DNA from: Promethearchaeota archaeon
Lineage (GTDB): Archaea > Asgardarchaeota > Lokiarchaeia > Sigyniarchaeales > SOKP01
Length of the DNA: 25,549 bases
Assembly: GCA_019058245.1 (NCBI GenBank)
Contig: JAHPZJ010000016.1
Location: forward strand, 1-25,549
Reading direction: 5' to 3'
Every line of letters begins with the position of its first letter. Positions within the stretch are counted from its first letter, which is position 1. The notes beneath the pieces are model-generated. The model saw only the letters and a list, made by a program, of their open reading frames with translations, had not been told where the DNA came from and ran no database searches. Of this stretch, positions 1-8,860 are shown in pieces. A program made the translations under genes and the position numbers.

Positions 1-1
1 G

Positions 2-2161
2 ATCTATGCCAATCAGATAAAACTCTACCAAGTAAAATTGGAGAAACATGAAAAACTATTAGAGGTAGAAGCTCAAAAAGCTCAGAAAGAAAAAGAACTC
101 GAAGAATTAAAAAAATTAGATAAAAGAGAAATTAAACCATCTAAGCTAGGTAAAATAAAAGAATTTGAAGCGGAATTTAAAGAAGAGGATGTTCTTTTAG
201 ATAAGGCAATGAATCTTATTGATGATGCAGAAAAAGCAGTTAAAAAGTATGAACTAAGCATTAAGAAAGATATTCTAGTATATGAAAGTCCATATGATAA
301 AGCAATTTCTAATTATGAAGAAGCACGAGAATTATTCAAAGAAATTGGATGGAAAGATGAAGCTAACCGATTACTTAAAACTATAAACTTTTATAAAGAT
401 AAAAAAGAAAAAGATGAGAAATTAAGAAGAAGAGAACAAGAGAAATTAGAACAACCAAAAATTGAAGTGGAATTTTTTAATGTAGATGCGGAAAAAGATT
501 TTTTAGAACGACAGAAGCGATTGTCTGAATTTGAGGAAAAACGAAAACAAGCTGATGAAACGGCTGAGAGAATCTTTAGCATGATTCAAGATGCTGAAAG
601 AATGGCTCAGGAATATGAAATAAAGCTAAAAGATGGTATTTTTGATTATGAGGCCCCATATGAAAAAATTATTGAAATTTATCGTAAGGCTCGCAAAGAA
701 TTTGAAGAAATTAATTGGAAAGAAGAGTCTATTAAATTAATTGAGACAATCAATTTCTATAAAGAAAAATTTGAGCAAGATAAAAAAATTCGTGCATTAG
801 AAGCAGAAAAGATTAAAAAGAGAGAAGAAGAATTAATAATTCAACAGAGTTTATTAGAACAAGCACGGAAAGAGCAAGAAAAACTACTTCAAAAGAGAAA
901 AGAAGGCATGGATTTGCGAAAAGAAAGAGTGGCTCAATTTGAAACTCAAAAAGATAAGGCCTTTCGATTAATGGATCAAGCTAAACGTGAATTGAGACAA
1001 GATAATTTTGATAAAGCAATAGAATTCTATAAAGAAAGTGAAAAAGTATTTATTGATATAGAATGGGAAGAGGGCATAAAAATGGTTCGAGATTCAGTTG
1101 TCATGATTAATAATAAGAAAAAAGCTCTTGAAATTGAACAAAAGGCTATCGAAGAAAAACAAGCTCAAGAAAAACTTATAGAAGAAAAATTAAAAGAAAA
1201 ATTAGATGAGGCTGAAGTAATTAAAAAACGACAACAGGAAGAAAAACGTAAAGAGGTTCTTAAAATTCAGAGGGAAAAAGAACAGGAGAGACAAATTTCC
1301 GAAGAGGCATATAACCTTCTAGAAGAAGGGACAGAATTAATGGATGATGGAAAATTTACTGAAGCATACGAGAAATATATAAATGCACGAGAATTATTCC
1401 AAAGTATTAATTGGCAACGAGAAGTATCACGTATAAATAATGAACTATTGTTCAAGCTGAAAAGAGAACAAAAACAAGCTGAAATTCTTGAAGATATTAA
1501 AAATAAAAAGATTGAAGAAGAAAAGCAAAGAGCACTTTTAAAAGAGGAAGTAAAAAGAAAACGTATAGAACTTGAGGAACGAAGAAAAGAAGAAAGAAAA
1601 GAAGAAGCTAAGAAAGAACTTGATAGAAAGATATCTTTTAAACTGGAAAAAGCAAATAAATTATTGGATAGTTTCAGGTATAACGAGGGAATCCTAATTA
1701 TGCGAGAGGTGATCCAAAGATTATTAAAATTAGATAGACATGATGAAATTGAAAGATTTAATGAAATAATTAACTATTTTAAGGAAAAAGCAGAAATTCC
1801 ATTAATAACTGCAGATGTAGATATAAAAAAATCGCAGAGTAGAGATTTTATAGCAGCATATAAAGCTCTTGATGAGGCTCAAGTATCGGCTGTTGATAAT
1901 AGGTTCATGAAAGCAATTTCTGAGTTAAATGAAGCCAAATTTAAACTTAAGGAATTAAATTTAGAAAAAAAAATCATCAAAGAAATTACTAAAAAAATTA
2001 CAGAATTCAGAAGCGGAATTAGTAAAAAATCATTAATAGAAGTAAAGTCTATGAACGAAGAAACTATTGAAGATGATATGGAAATTCTCAGAAAAAGGAT
2101 AGCAGCTAGACGAGAAGAACGAAGGAAAAAGGTTTTAGATTTATTGGGAAAAAATGAGTAA
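2..2161 (+). CDS. Large alpha-helical repeat protein (MIT/TPR-like three-helix units separated by E/K/R-rich helices), 5'-partial
   Basis: The frame is open from base 2 (IYANQIKLYQVKLEKHEK...), so the TTG at 38 is probably not the true start. Recurrent motif A..L...A......[YF]..A...Y..A...F..I.W..E occurs 4 times clearly and twice in degenerate form. Confidence 0.75.
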   Translation: MYANQIKLYQVKLEKHEKLLEVEAQKAQKEKELEELKKLDKREIKPSKLGKIKEFEAEFKEEDVLLDKAMNLIDDAEKAVKKYELSIKKDILVYESPYDKAISNYEEARELFKEIGWKDEANRLLKTINFYKDKKEKDEKLRRREQEKLEQPKIEVEFFNVDAEKDFLERQKRLSEFEEKRKQADETAERIFSMIQDAERMAQEYEIKLKDGIFDYEAPYEKIIEIYRKARKEFEEINWKEESIKLIETINFYKEKFEQDKKIRALEAEKIKKREEELIIQQSLLEQARKEQEKLLQKRKEGMDLRKERVAQFETQKDKAFRLMDQAKRELRQDNFDKAIEFYKESEKVFIDIEWEEGIKMVRDSVVMINNKKKALEIEQKAIEEKQAQEKLIEEKLKEKLDEAEVIKKRQQEEKRKEVLKIQREKEQERQISEEAYNLLEEGTELMDDGKFTEAYEKYINARELFQSINWQREVSRINNELLFKLKREQKQAEILEDIKNKKIEEEKQRALLKEEVKRKRIELEERRKEERKEEAKKELDRKISFKLEKANKLLDSFRYNEGILIMREVIQRLLKLDRHDEIERFNEIINYFKEKAEIPLITADVDIKKSQSRDFIAAYKALDEAQVSAVDNRFMKAISELNEAKFKLKELNLEKKIIKEITKKITEFRSGISKKSLIEVKSMNEETIEDDMEILRKRIAARREERRKKVLDLLGKNE

Positions 2162-2184
2162 TTAATTACGTTATTTCGCTTATA

Positions 2185-2209
2185 TTTTTTTAATAAAGAA
2201 TAAAAAAAA
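2185..2209. terminator. Probable bidirectional archaeal poly-T terminator
   Basis: A T-run on + (about 2185-2192) and an A-run (about 2202-2209) lie between two convergent genes. Confidence 0.45.
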
Positions 2210-2210
2210 T

Positions 2211-2432
2211 TTAATTAAATAACTTATTTTGAATTTCATTTTCTACGTCTGATTCAACAACACTAGGAGCAATATTTCTATTTACAGATTCTTCTATTAT
2301 ATATTCTGTTTTAATTAGATCTCGAATTGCTACTCTAATTGCTTCAGATCGATTAGGGAATTTTCCATCAACTACAAGTATTTCAAGCACTTTAAGATAG
2401 GATTCAGGTAAGTTTACAGAAATAAGTTTCAT
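2211..2432 (-). CDS. Ribbon-helix-helix (CopG/Arc/MetJ) transcriptional regulator, CdrS-like
   Basis: MKLISVNLP (beta strand) followed by GKFPNRSEAIRVAIRDLI, the archaeal RHH signature. Start is ATG 2432 or 2441. Confidence 0.85.
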   Translation of the reverse strand: MKLISVNLPESYLKVLEILVVDGKFPNRSEAIRVAIRDLIKTEYIIEESVNRNIAPSVVESDVENEIQNKLFN

Positions 2433-2646
2433 CTTAATCATCAATTTTTTTTTATTTTAATTGATAAAAATATATACGAGAGTGATATATTTAAAGGTTT
2501 AGTGGAAAATGACCCTCAGAAATCCGACAAAATGTAATAATCCGTTTAAATATTAGTATAAAGCAATATGAGATAAGAAAACTTAAAATTGGTTATACTT
2601 TTAGACTTTTAATTAAATATAAGATATTAATTCTATCCAAAAATTT

Positions 2647-2675
2647 TTATATATGCATTATATGTTACACGTAAC
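2647..2675 (+). promoter_or_regulatory. TATA-like box followed by inverted repeat GTTAC-N2-GTAAC (candidate RHH operator)
   Basis: TTTATATA at about 2647-2654 and gttac-ac-gtaac at 2664-2675, in the divergent intergenic region. Confidence 0.4.
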
Positions 2676-2723
2676 GTAAAAAGAATTTTTAAAAATTCGA
2701 AAATAAAATTATATATAAAGAAT

Positions 2724-3041
2724 ATGTCAAGTATTGAAAACCAATTAAAAGATCACCTAAAGAGTGGAGCTGACTGGGAAAAAATGGAGACTCCTGTTCC
2801 AGGAGTTTTTGTAGTTAAAGTTCCTGCTACCAAAACTAAACCAGCATTACTTTTTTTAGAAATTAATCCTTTAAAAGATGATGGAAAACCTTTGAAAAAG
2901 AGAGGATTATTTGTCGGTTCTAAAGAAATGCTTTTGAAATTCAGCGAATCTTTGAATGATGATAAAACTTTTCAATTAATTGGAGAACTCGAGAAAATAA
3001 ATCCTGAAATTAAAACAAAAGCTAAAAAATTAAAAATGTAA
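2724..3041 (+). CDS. Small conserved archaeal hypothetical protein
   Basis: 105 aa ORF with ATG start. Motifs DWEKMETPVPGVFVVKVP and LEINP..GKPLKKRGL resemble an uncharacterised archaeal family (from recall). Confidence 0.7.
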   Translation: MSSIENQLKDHLKSGADWEKMETPVPGVFVVKVPATKTKPALLFLEINPLKDDGKPLKKRGLFVGSKEMLLKFSESLNDDKTFQLIGELEKINPEIKTKAKKLKM

Positions 3042-3220
3042 TGATAAAATATTCCGCTATATTTTCATCAAATTACACTTTATTTATAATTAGATTTATC
3101 TTTTAAGAAAATCTTTAATTTATAAATTTATTATTAATTTATTACTACATTAAAAAAGTATAAAATACTTTTACAATATGCCGTTGTTAAATGAATTATA
3201 AATTTTAGTGAGAATATAAA

Positions 3221-3508
3221 ATGAGTCATGAAGAGGATGGAGTTCATTGTATTGTGTGTGGAAAAAACTCTTTCAGTCTAGCCCATGATGAATGGATGCG
3301 AAGAGCCTTCCCTTTTGTAGAACAAGGACAACTAAAAATGTGTTCCGGATGTGGAGCTAAATACCTGGTCTGTGAGAGCTGTGGAGGATTATATTGTCGA
3401 ATTCATCCCGCATTAGAGAGTTGGGAGCTGCCAGATAAATGTCCTAAATGTGGATGGGTAAATAAGGATGTAACAGCCTGGGACGGTACGTCTGCTCGCC
3501 ACTTTTAA
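3221..3508 (+). CDS. Small multi-zinc-finger protein
   Basis: CIVC, CSGC, CESC, CRIH and CPKC pairs within 95 aa; GC content is higher than the flanks. Confidence 0.75.
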   Translation: MSHEEDGVHCIVCGKNSFSLAHDEWMRRAFPFVEQGQLKMCSGCGAKYLVCESCGGLYCRIHPALESWELPDKCPKCGWVNKDVTAWDGTSARHF

Positions 3509-3690
3509 TACTTTTATTTTATAATGTTAATTATATTTCAAATTATTGAAAATGCTATTGTTTTAATTAAAAGCTGTATTCATTAATATCTCATTTGTTA
3601 TTTTATTAATTTTAAGTCAAGAAGATTTAAATTTTAAAATATCAATAATTATGTTAATAATATAGTAAATGACATTTGCGTTGGTATAAC

Positions 3691-4167
3691 ATGAGTTCAA
3701 ATATAAAGGTTCAAGTCGCTAATCCTGAACACATTGATGATTTAAGAGAATTAACAAAATTATTGGTTGAGGGATTAGGACAAAAGTTCGATCCAAAACG
3801 CTTTGATTGGGGAATTCGGCGACGACTTTACGATCCGCTTCAACGTCATGGAATATTGATTGCAGTAGATGAAGATTCTGGTGATATTATAGGAATGATT
3901 ATTGCAGAACTAAGAATTGATCCGTTTGGATCTTCTGAAGGTGCTATTAAACAACTTTTTCTGAAAAAACCATATCGTAGAAAAGGATTTGGAAGTCTTC
4001 TATTGAAAAAAGCAATGGAACATTTAAAAAAAATTAATGTAGAAAAAGTTAAGGTAAATATTAAGAAAAAAGCTGTAGAAGCTGCTAAATTATATGAGAA
4101 AATGAACTTCAAAAAAGTATATGAAGTTCTAGAGTTAGATTTAACCAAAGAAGGCAAAGAAGAATAA
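3691..4167 (+). CDS. GNAT family N-acetyltransferase
   Basis: Acetyl-CoA motif A (LFLKKPYRRKGFGSLLL) and motif B (AAKLYEKMNF). ATG at 3691 preferred over TTG at 3676. Confidence 0.88.
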   Translation: MSSNIKVQVANPEHIDDLRELTKLLVEGLGQKFDPKRFDWGIRRRLYDPLQRHGILIAVDEDSGDIIGMIIAELRIDPFGSSEGAIKQLFLKKPYRRKGFGSLLLKKAMEHLKKINVEKVKVNIKKKAVEAAKLYEKMNFKKVYEVLELDLTKEGKEE

Positions 4168-4176
4168 TTTAAGAAG

Positions 4177-5148
4177 ATGAGTTTAGAAATCCCATGGGTT
4201 GAGAAATATCGCCCTAGAACATTTATAGATATCGTAAGTCAAAGCTTTGCTATTAATAATCTCAAGGAATTTGTAAAAAGCACAAATATACCTCATATGA
4301 TTTTTACTGGTCCAGCAGGAACAGGAAAAACCAGTACTGCTTTAATAATAGCAAGACATTTTCTTAAAAAAGAGGAATTGGATACAAATCTTTTAGAATT
4401 AAACGCTTCTGATACTGTAAGAATAGATTTTGTTAGAAATATTTTAAAAAATTTTGTTAATCAAAATTTAATACAAAATGAGTCGTTAAAGTTTGTTATA
4501 TTAGATGAGGCAGATAATATACCAGGTCAAGTTCAACAAGCACTTAGAAGAATTATTGAAAAAACATCCAATAATGTTAAGTTCATTCTTTTGTGTAATT
4601 ACATAAATAAGATAATAGATCCGATCATATCCAGATGTGCTGTTTTTAGGTTTGTAAGTTTGTCTAAGGAAAAAATTATAGAAAGATTAAAGTATATTAG
4701 TAAAGAAGAAAAATTGGAAATACCTTCTCAGAAAAATGAAGAATTTTTTGAACAATTATATTTTATCTCAGGGGGGGATTTACGGAAAGCTATAAATGCT
4801 CTTCAAATGGCTGTTGCTCTTGACCTCTTGGAGAATTTAAATATTAATGAGATTTTTAAAATCTCAGGATTCTTAGATAAACAAATTTTAGAAAAATTAA
4901 AATCAGCATTGAAAAATAAAGATTTTATTAAGTCAAAAGAAATAATTCAATCTCTTGATACTTTCGATAGTAGAAATTTTATAAGACAAATAACAGAAAT
5001 CTTAACGTCGTTGAATATTACTTCTGAAAATTTAATTGAAATAAAGGCTTTTTTTGGAGAGGTAGATTATCGAATAAGTCAGGGAGCAGATGAAATAATT
5101 CAGATTTTAGCACTTTTAGCATTTTTAATTCAAAATGTTGAATCTTAA
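4177..5148 (+). CDS. rfcS: Replication factor C small subunit (canonical)
   Basis: PWVEKYRP, Walker A GPAGTGKT, LELNASD, Walker B DEAD, SRC arginine finger, GDLRKAIN. Confidence 0.95.
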   Translation: MSLEIPWVEKYRPRTFIDIVSQSFAINNLKEFVKSTNIPHMIFTGPAGTGKTSTALIIARHFLKKEELDTNLLELNASDTVRIDFVRNILKNFVNQNLIQNESLKFVILDEADNIPGQVQQALRRIIEKTSNNVKFILLCNYINKIIDPIISRCAVFRFVSLSKEKIIERLKYISKEEKLEIPSQKNEEFFEQLYFISGGDLRKAINALQMAVALDLLENLNINEIFKISGFLDKQILEKLKSALKNKDFIKSKEIIQSLDTFDSRNFIRQITEILTSLNITSENLIEIKAFFGEVDYRISQGADEIIQILALLAFLIQNVES

Positions 5149-5188
5149 CTATTAATTTATAAACACTTCAAGCAAAGGGAGTTTTAAT

Positions 5189-6235
5189 TTGGAACAAGAA
5201 ATACCGATTTGGAGAATAAAATATCTTCCAAAGAATTTGGATCAAATTTGTGGAAGAAAAAAAATCAAGGAAACCCTAAAACACATAATCCAACAACAAA
5301 ATTTTCCACATATGATATTTGTAGGAGCTAAAGGTATAGGTAAGACACTAATAGCCCAATTATTTTCAAAAGAGTTTTTAAAAAACAATTATGATGCAAA
5401 TTTTAAATTAGTTTATGCTGATATACCATTAAGTCAAGAAGAAAGAAAGCAGGTACGATCTGATGCCTATATTTCTACAAGTAAAATAGGGAGTGGTGCT
5501 GGAAGAACAATTACAACTCCTGCTTTTATTCAAGCACGAGTAAAACCTTTCGTTCAACTAAGAGTATTAGGTGGTTCTCCCTTTAAAATTTTAATTGTAA
5601 AAAATTTTGAAGCTTTAGGTCAAAACCAGCAAGGTTTCAGGAGATTAATGGAAATATATGGTAGAAATTGTAGGATGATTTTAATTACAACTAAAATTTC
5701 AAGTATTATTGATCCTATTGTAAGTAGGTGTCAAATCGTATTAATATCTCCTATTAAGTTTATCGATTTTAAAGATTTGATAACAATTATTGCCACAAAA
5801 GAGTCATTAGAGATTAATAATGAGGTAATTGAGGTTTTATATAGAATTTCTGAAGGAAAAATATCTCATGCTATAGATCTTTTACAGTTAAGTAGTATCT
5901 CAGGAAAAATAATCGATATAAATAAATTATATGAATTTTCTCAAAAATTCCATAATGATCTTATAAAAAGTCTTTTAATGATTGCGTTTAAAGGAGATTT
6001 TCCAAATGTTCGAGAATTATCGAGAAAAATCTTATCAAACTATAAATATGATATTAATGAATTCTTCAAACTATTAATTGATGAACTCAATAAAATGCCT
6101 TTAAGCAAATTTGTTAGGTGTAAATTAATAAATTACATTGCTGATGCTGATTTTCGCTCTATACTGGGTAGGGACAATGATATTCAAGTTTCCAGCCTAT
6201 TTTCAAAAATTTGTCTATTTTCAGAATATATATAA
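5189..6235 (+). CDS. Second, divergent RFC small subunit (predicted ATPase-inactive, Rfc5/RFC-E-like)
   Basis: IWRIKYLP, GAKGIGKT, RRLMEIY and IIDPIVSRC are retained. Walker B reads IVKNF and sensor-2 reads GKISHA. TTG start with a GGGGAG Shine-Dalgarno-like site. Confidence 0.85.
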   Translation: MEQEIPIWRIKYLPKNLDQICGRKKIKETLKHIIQQQNFPHMIFVGAKGIGKTLIAQLFSKEFLKNNYDANFKLVYADIPLSQEERKQVRSDAYISTSKIGSGAGRTITTPAFIQARVKPFVQLRVLGGSPFKILIVKNFEALGQNQQGFRRLMEIYGRNCRMILITTKISSIIDPIVSRCQIVLISPIKFIDFKDLITIIATKESLEINNEVIEVLYRISEGKISHAIDLLQLSSISGKIIDINKLYEFSQKFHNDLIKSLLMIAFKGDFPNVRELSRKILSNYKYDINEFFKLLIDELNKMPLSKFVRCKLINYIADADFRSILGRDNDIQVSSLFSKICLFSEYI

Positions 6236-6247
6236 GGAGATAATAAT

Positions 6248-7603
6248 TTGTCAAATGTAAAAATAGATATTCCCTGGGTTGAGAAGTATCGTCCAAAAAG
6301 TATTAAAGATATGGCTTTACCATCGGCTAGAATGAGTGGTCAAAGGGTGAAATTAGCAGAAGAATTAACCAACTTTATTAAAAATTTTTTTGAAGAAAGA
6401 AAAAAAGTAAATATTGAAAATAAACAGATTCGACAATATAATAGAACTTCTATTGATAAAGAACAAAAAGAAGAACTTAAGATTCCACCCGAGAAAGCTG
6501 CTGTTTTATTGGAGGGTCCTCCCGGAATTGGAAAAACTTCAATAGTATATGCTTTAGCTAATGATTTTAATATGGAAGTAATAGAAACTAATGCCTCTGA
6601 TACACGAACTAGAGACAAAATAGAAAAAAGGTTAAAAGAAACAACAAAAACACGTGGAATTATGGATTTTATTACCCAATCAAAAGAAAAATTAATCTTA
6701 ATCGATGAGATTGACGGGATTTATGGAGTACAAGATAGAGGGGCAATTCCTACTGTAATTGAATTGATTCAGAACACACAGTTCCCTATTATTATGTGTT
6801 CTAATGAATATAAAACAAATTTACAATCATTATATAACAAAATCCGAAGATATGAGGTTCACCCTTTACCAAAAAATGAAGTAAAAAAGATTGCTATGAG
6901 TATTTTAAAAAATGAAAAAATTACATATCTTAAAGAAGAGGACTTAGAATTAATTATTGATAAAAATAATGGTGATTTAAGAGGTATAATTAATGATATC
7001 CAAGGAATTACACAAGGGAACATAGAAGAAGATCATAAGGAATTAATTCTAAACCTTCATCGTGATAATTTAGAAGAAATCTTTTCATTAATTAGAGATT
7101 TATTTCAAGTTTCTTCTCTAAGAGAAGCGCGAAGTCTAACTGATAAATCTGATGTTGATTATAATTTTTTATACAAATGGATAAATGAAAACTTATTAAC
7201 ATTTATAAAATCTAATAGAGAGTTATCTGTTGCATTTGAAAATCTGTCTATTGCTGATGAGATTTTTGGAAAAATACGTATAAATCAAGATTGGAGTTTA
7301 TTACCTTATTTTTTTGACCTTTTTGCTGGGGGAGTTGCTCTTTCAAGGAAAGAAACACCTATAAGTAAAGGATTTAGGAGAGTTGTATTCCCTAGATACA
7401 CTTCAGGAACTTACTTTTCCTTAACGAGTGTTGAAAAAAAGTTAGTAGAGAAAGTTAAGAAGAAATATGAAATTACTCAAATAGATTTTATTCAAGATTT
7501 TCTTCCATTTATTAAAATTTTATGTGGAAGTTCAAGAAGAAATCTTAAAATTATTAGTGATTGGTTAGATTTAGATGCGAAAGAAAAAAAGTTGTTAAAA
7601 TAA
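6248..7603 (+). CDS. rfcL: Replication factor C large subunit
   Basis: PWVEKYRP, GPPGIGKT, IETNASD, DEIDG, GDLRGIIND, WINEN, LS.AD; no SRC motif. TTG start preceded by AAGGAG. Confidence 0.92.
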   Translation: MSNVKIDIPWVEKYRPKSIKDMALPSARMSGQRVKLAEELTNFIKNFFEERKKVNIENKQIRQYNRTSIDKEQKEELKIPPEKAAVLLEGPPGIGKTSIVYALANDFNMEVIETNASDTRTRDKIEKRLKETTKTRGIMDFITQSKEKLILIDEIDGIYGVQDRGAIPTVIELIQNTQFPIIMCSNEYKTNLQSLYNKIRRYEVHPLPKNEVKKIAMSILKNEKITYLKEEDLELIIDKNNGDLRGIINDIQGITQGNIEEDHKELILNLHRDNLEEIFSLIRDLFQVSSLREARSLTDKSDVDYNFLYKWINENLLTFIKSNRELSVAFENLSIADEIFGKIRINQDWSLLPYFFDLFAGGVALSRKETPISKGFRRVVFPRYTSGTYFSLTSVEKKLVEKVKKKYEITQIDFIQDFLPFIKILCGSSRRNLKIISDWLDLDAKEKKLLK

Positions 7604-7607
7604 TAAA

Positions 7608-8504
7608 CTAGTTTAAAATTCTTTTTATGAACAGGTCAATTTTATTAATTGCTTCTTGACCTTCTGGTATAAGATAAGCATAAAGTTGGAACATATGAAT
7701 CATGTCATCCCATAATTCAAGTGAGACTTCAACACCAGAAGCTTTAGCTCGATCTGCAAAACGAATTGAATCATCTAGTAATATTTCTGAAGTTCCAACT
7801 TGGATGAAAATGGGGGGTAATCCTTGAAGGTCTGCGTATAGTGGAGATGCATATGGATTTTTTGGATTTTCATCACCTAAATATTGATTTGCGCAAAATA
7901 AAAGGTCTTCTTTAGTCACACGAGGGTCAATATCTGCTTTTGTATTTACTGATTCACCAGTAACCGCTAAATCCATATAAGGAGATAAACATATTCCAGC
8001 TGCAGGTAAATTAAATTTTTCATTCTTTAATTTTAATAAAGTAGATATGGTTAGACCTCCTCCTGCAGATTCACCAGCTATAATTATATTTTTTGGTTTA
8101 ATTCCTTCAGATAAGATGAGCCATTGATATACTTCTACAGCATCTTCTAACGCAGCAGGAAAGGGATACTCAGGAGCAAGTCGATAATCAATTAATATTA
8201 CTCGTGATTTTGATGCTCGAGCTAATTTAACACCTAATCCACGATGAGAATTGATAGAACCAGCAACATAACCACCACCATGAAAGTATAAAATAACAGG
8301 ACTATTTGGAGTTTCAGGGACAGAAATCCATTCAGCAGGTATTCCTTCAACATTTACTGACTCACACTTTGCATCTTCCGGTATTTTAATCAATTTAGCC
8401 AATTGATCAAATGACTCTCGATATCCTTTAACACTAGGTTTATAGTTATTTCCTTTATTTTGTTTTATTTGAATGATTAATTTTTCCAGTTCTTTACTGA
8501 CCAA
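7608..8504 (-). CDS. Alpha/beta hydrolase, hormone-sensitive lipase family esterase
   Basis: HGGG oxyanion motif, DYRLAPE, GESAGG nucleophile elbow, EILLDD, and catalytic His in MIHMF. Confidence 0.93.
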   Translation of the reverse strand: MVSKELEKLIIQIKQNKGNNYKPSVKGYRESFDQLAKLIKIPEDAKCESVNVEGIPAEWISVPETPNSPVILYFHGGGYVAGSINSHRGLGVKLARASKSRVILIDYRLAPEYPFPAALEDAVEVYQWLILSEGIKPKNIIIAGESAGGGLTISTLLKLKNEKFNLPAAGICLSPYMDLAVTGESVNTKADIDPRVTKEDLLFCANQYLGDENPKNPYASPLYADLQGLPPIFIQVGTSEILLDDSIRFADRAKASGVEVSLELWDDMIHMFQLYAYLIPEGQEAINKIDLFIKRILN

Positions 8505-8860
8505 TGGTTTTCAACCTTATACTTCATTTCGTTTTATATTAAATAAAATTCTAAAAAAAATATTATATATCAAATCAAATTTAGAGAGGATTTAAATTTT
8601 TCTAAAAACAAATAACTATCCAAAAATGAGTAGATCATTTTTTTAAAAATTCATATTACAAGGATTAATATTGTTAATCTAAGTAATTCTATATATTAAA
8701 AGATGAAATTAAATTTACAAAATACAGATTAAACCTTCAGTTTTTTTTTGATAAATTAATCTTACTGTTTTTAATTTAATTTTAAATTTACCTAAAAATT
8801 TTTAAATAGAGAAATACACCATATCAAAGAACACAATAAAGTAAGTTAAACATTCTTTAA

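Noticed and set aside
391-1455. Minus-strand ORFs 391-582 and 1267-1455
   Set aside because: Antisense shadows of the E/K-rich gene; S/F/L-rich with no motifs.
3846-6618. Minus-strand ORFs 3846-4157 and 6340-6618
   Set aside because: Fully antisense to the GNAT gene and rfcL; no independent evidence.
4177-7603. Inteins in RFC subunits
   Set aside because: Lengths are normal, and the inserts are short and lack intein splice motifs (N-terminal Cys, C-terminal His-Asn).
8505-8860. Riboswitch, ncRNA or replication origin in the long intergenic region
   Set aside because: No GC-rich stems, no ORB-like repeats, and no adjacent orc1/cdc6.
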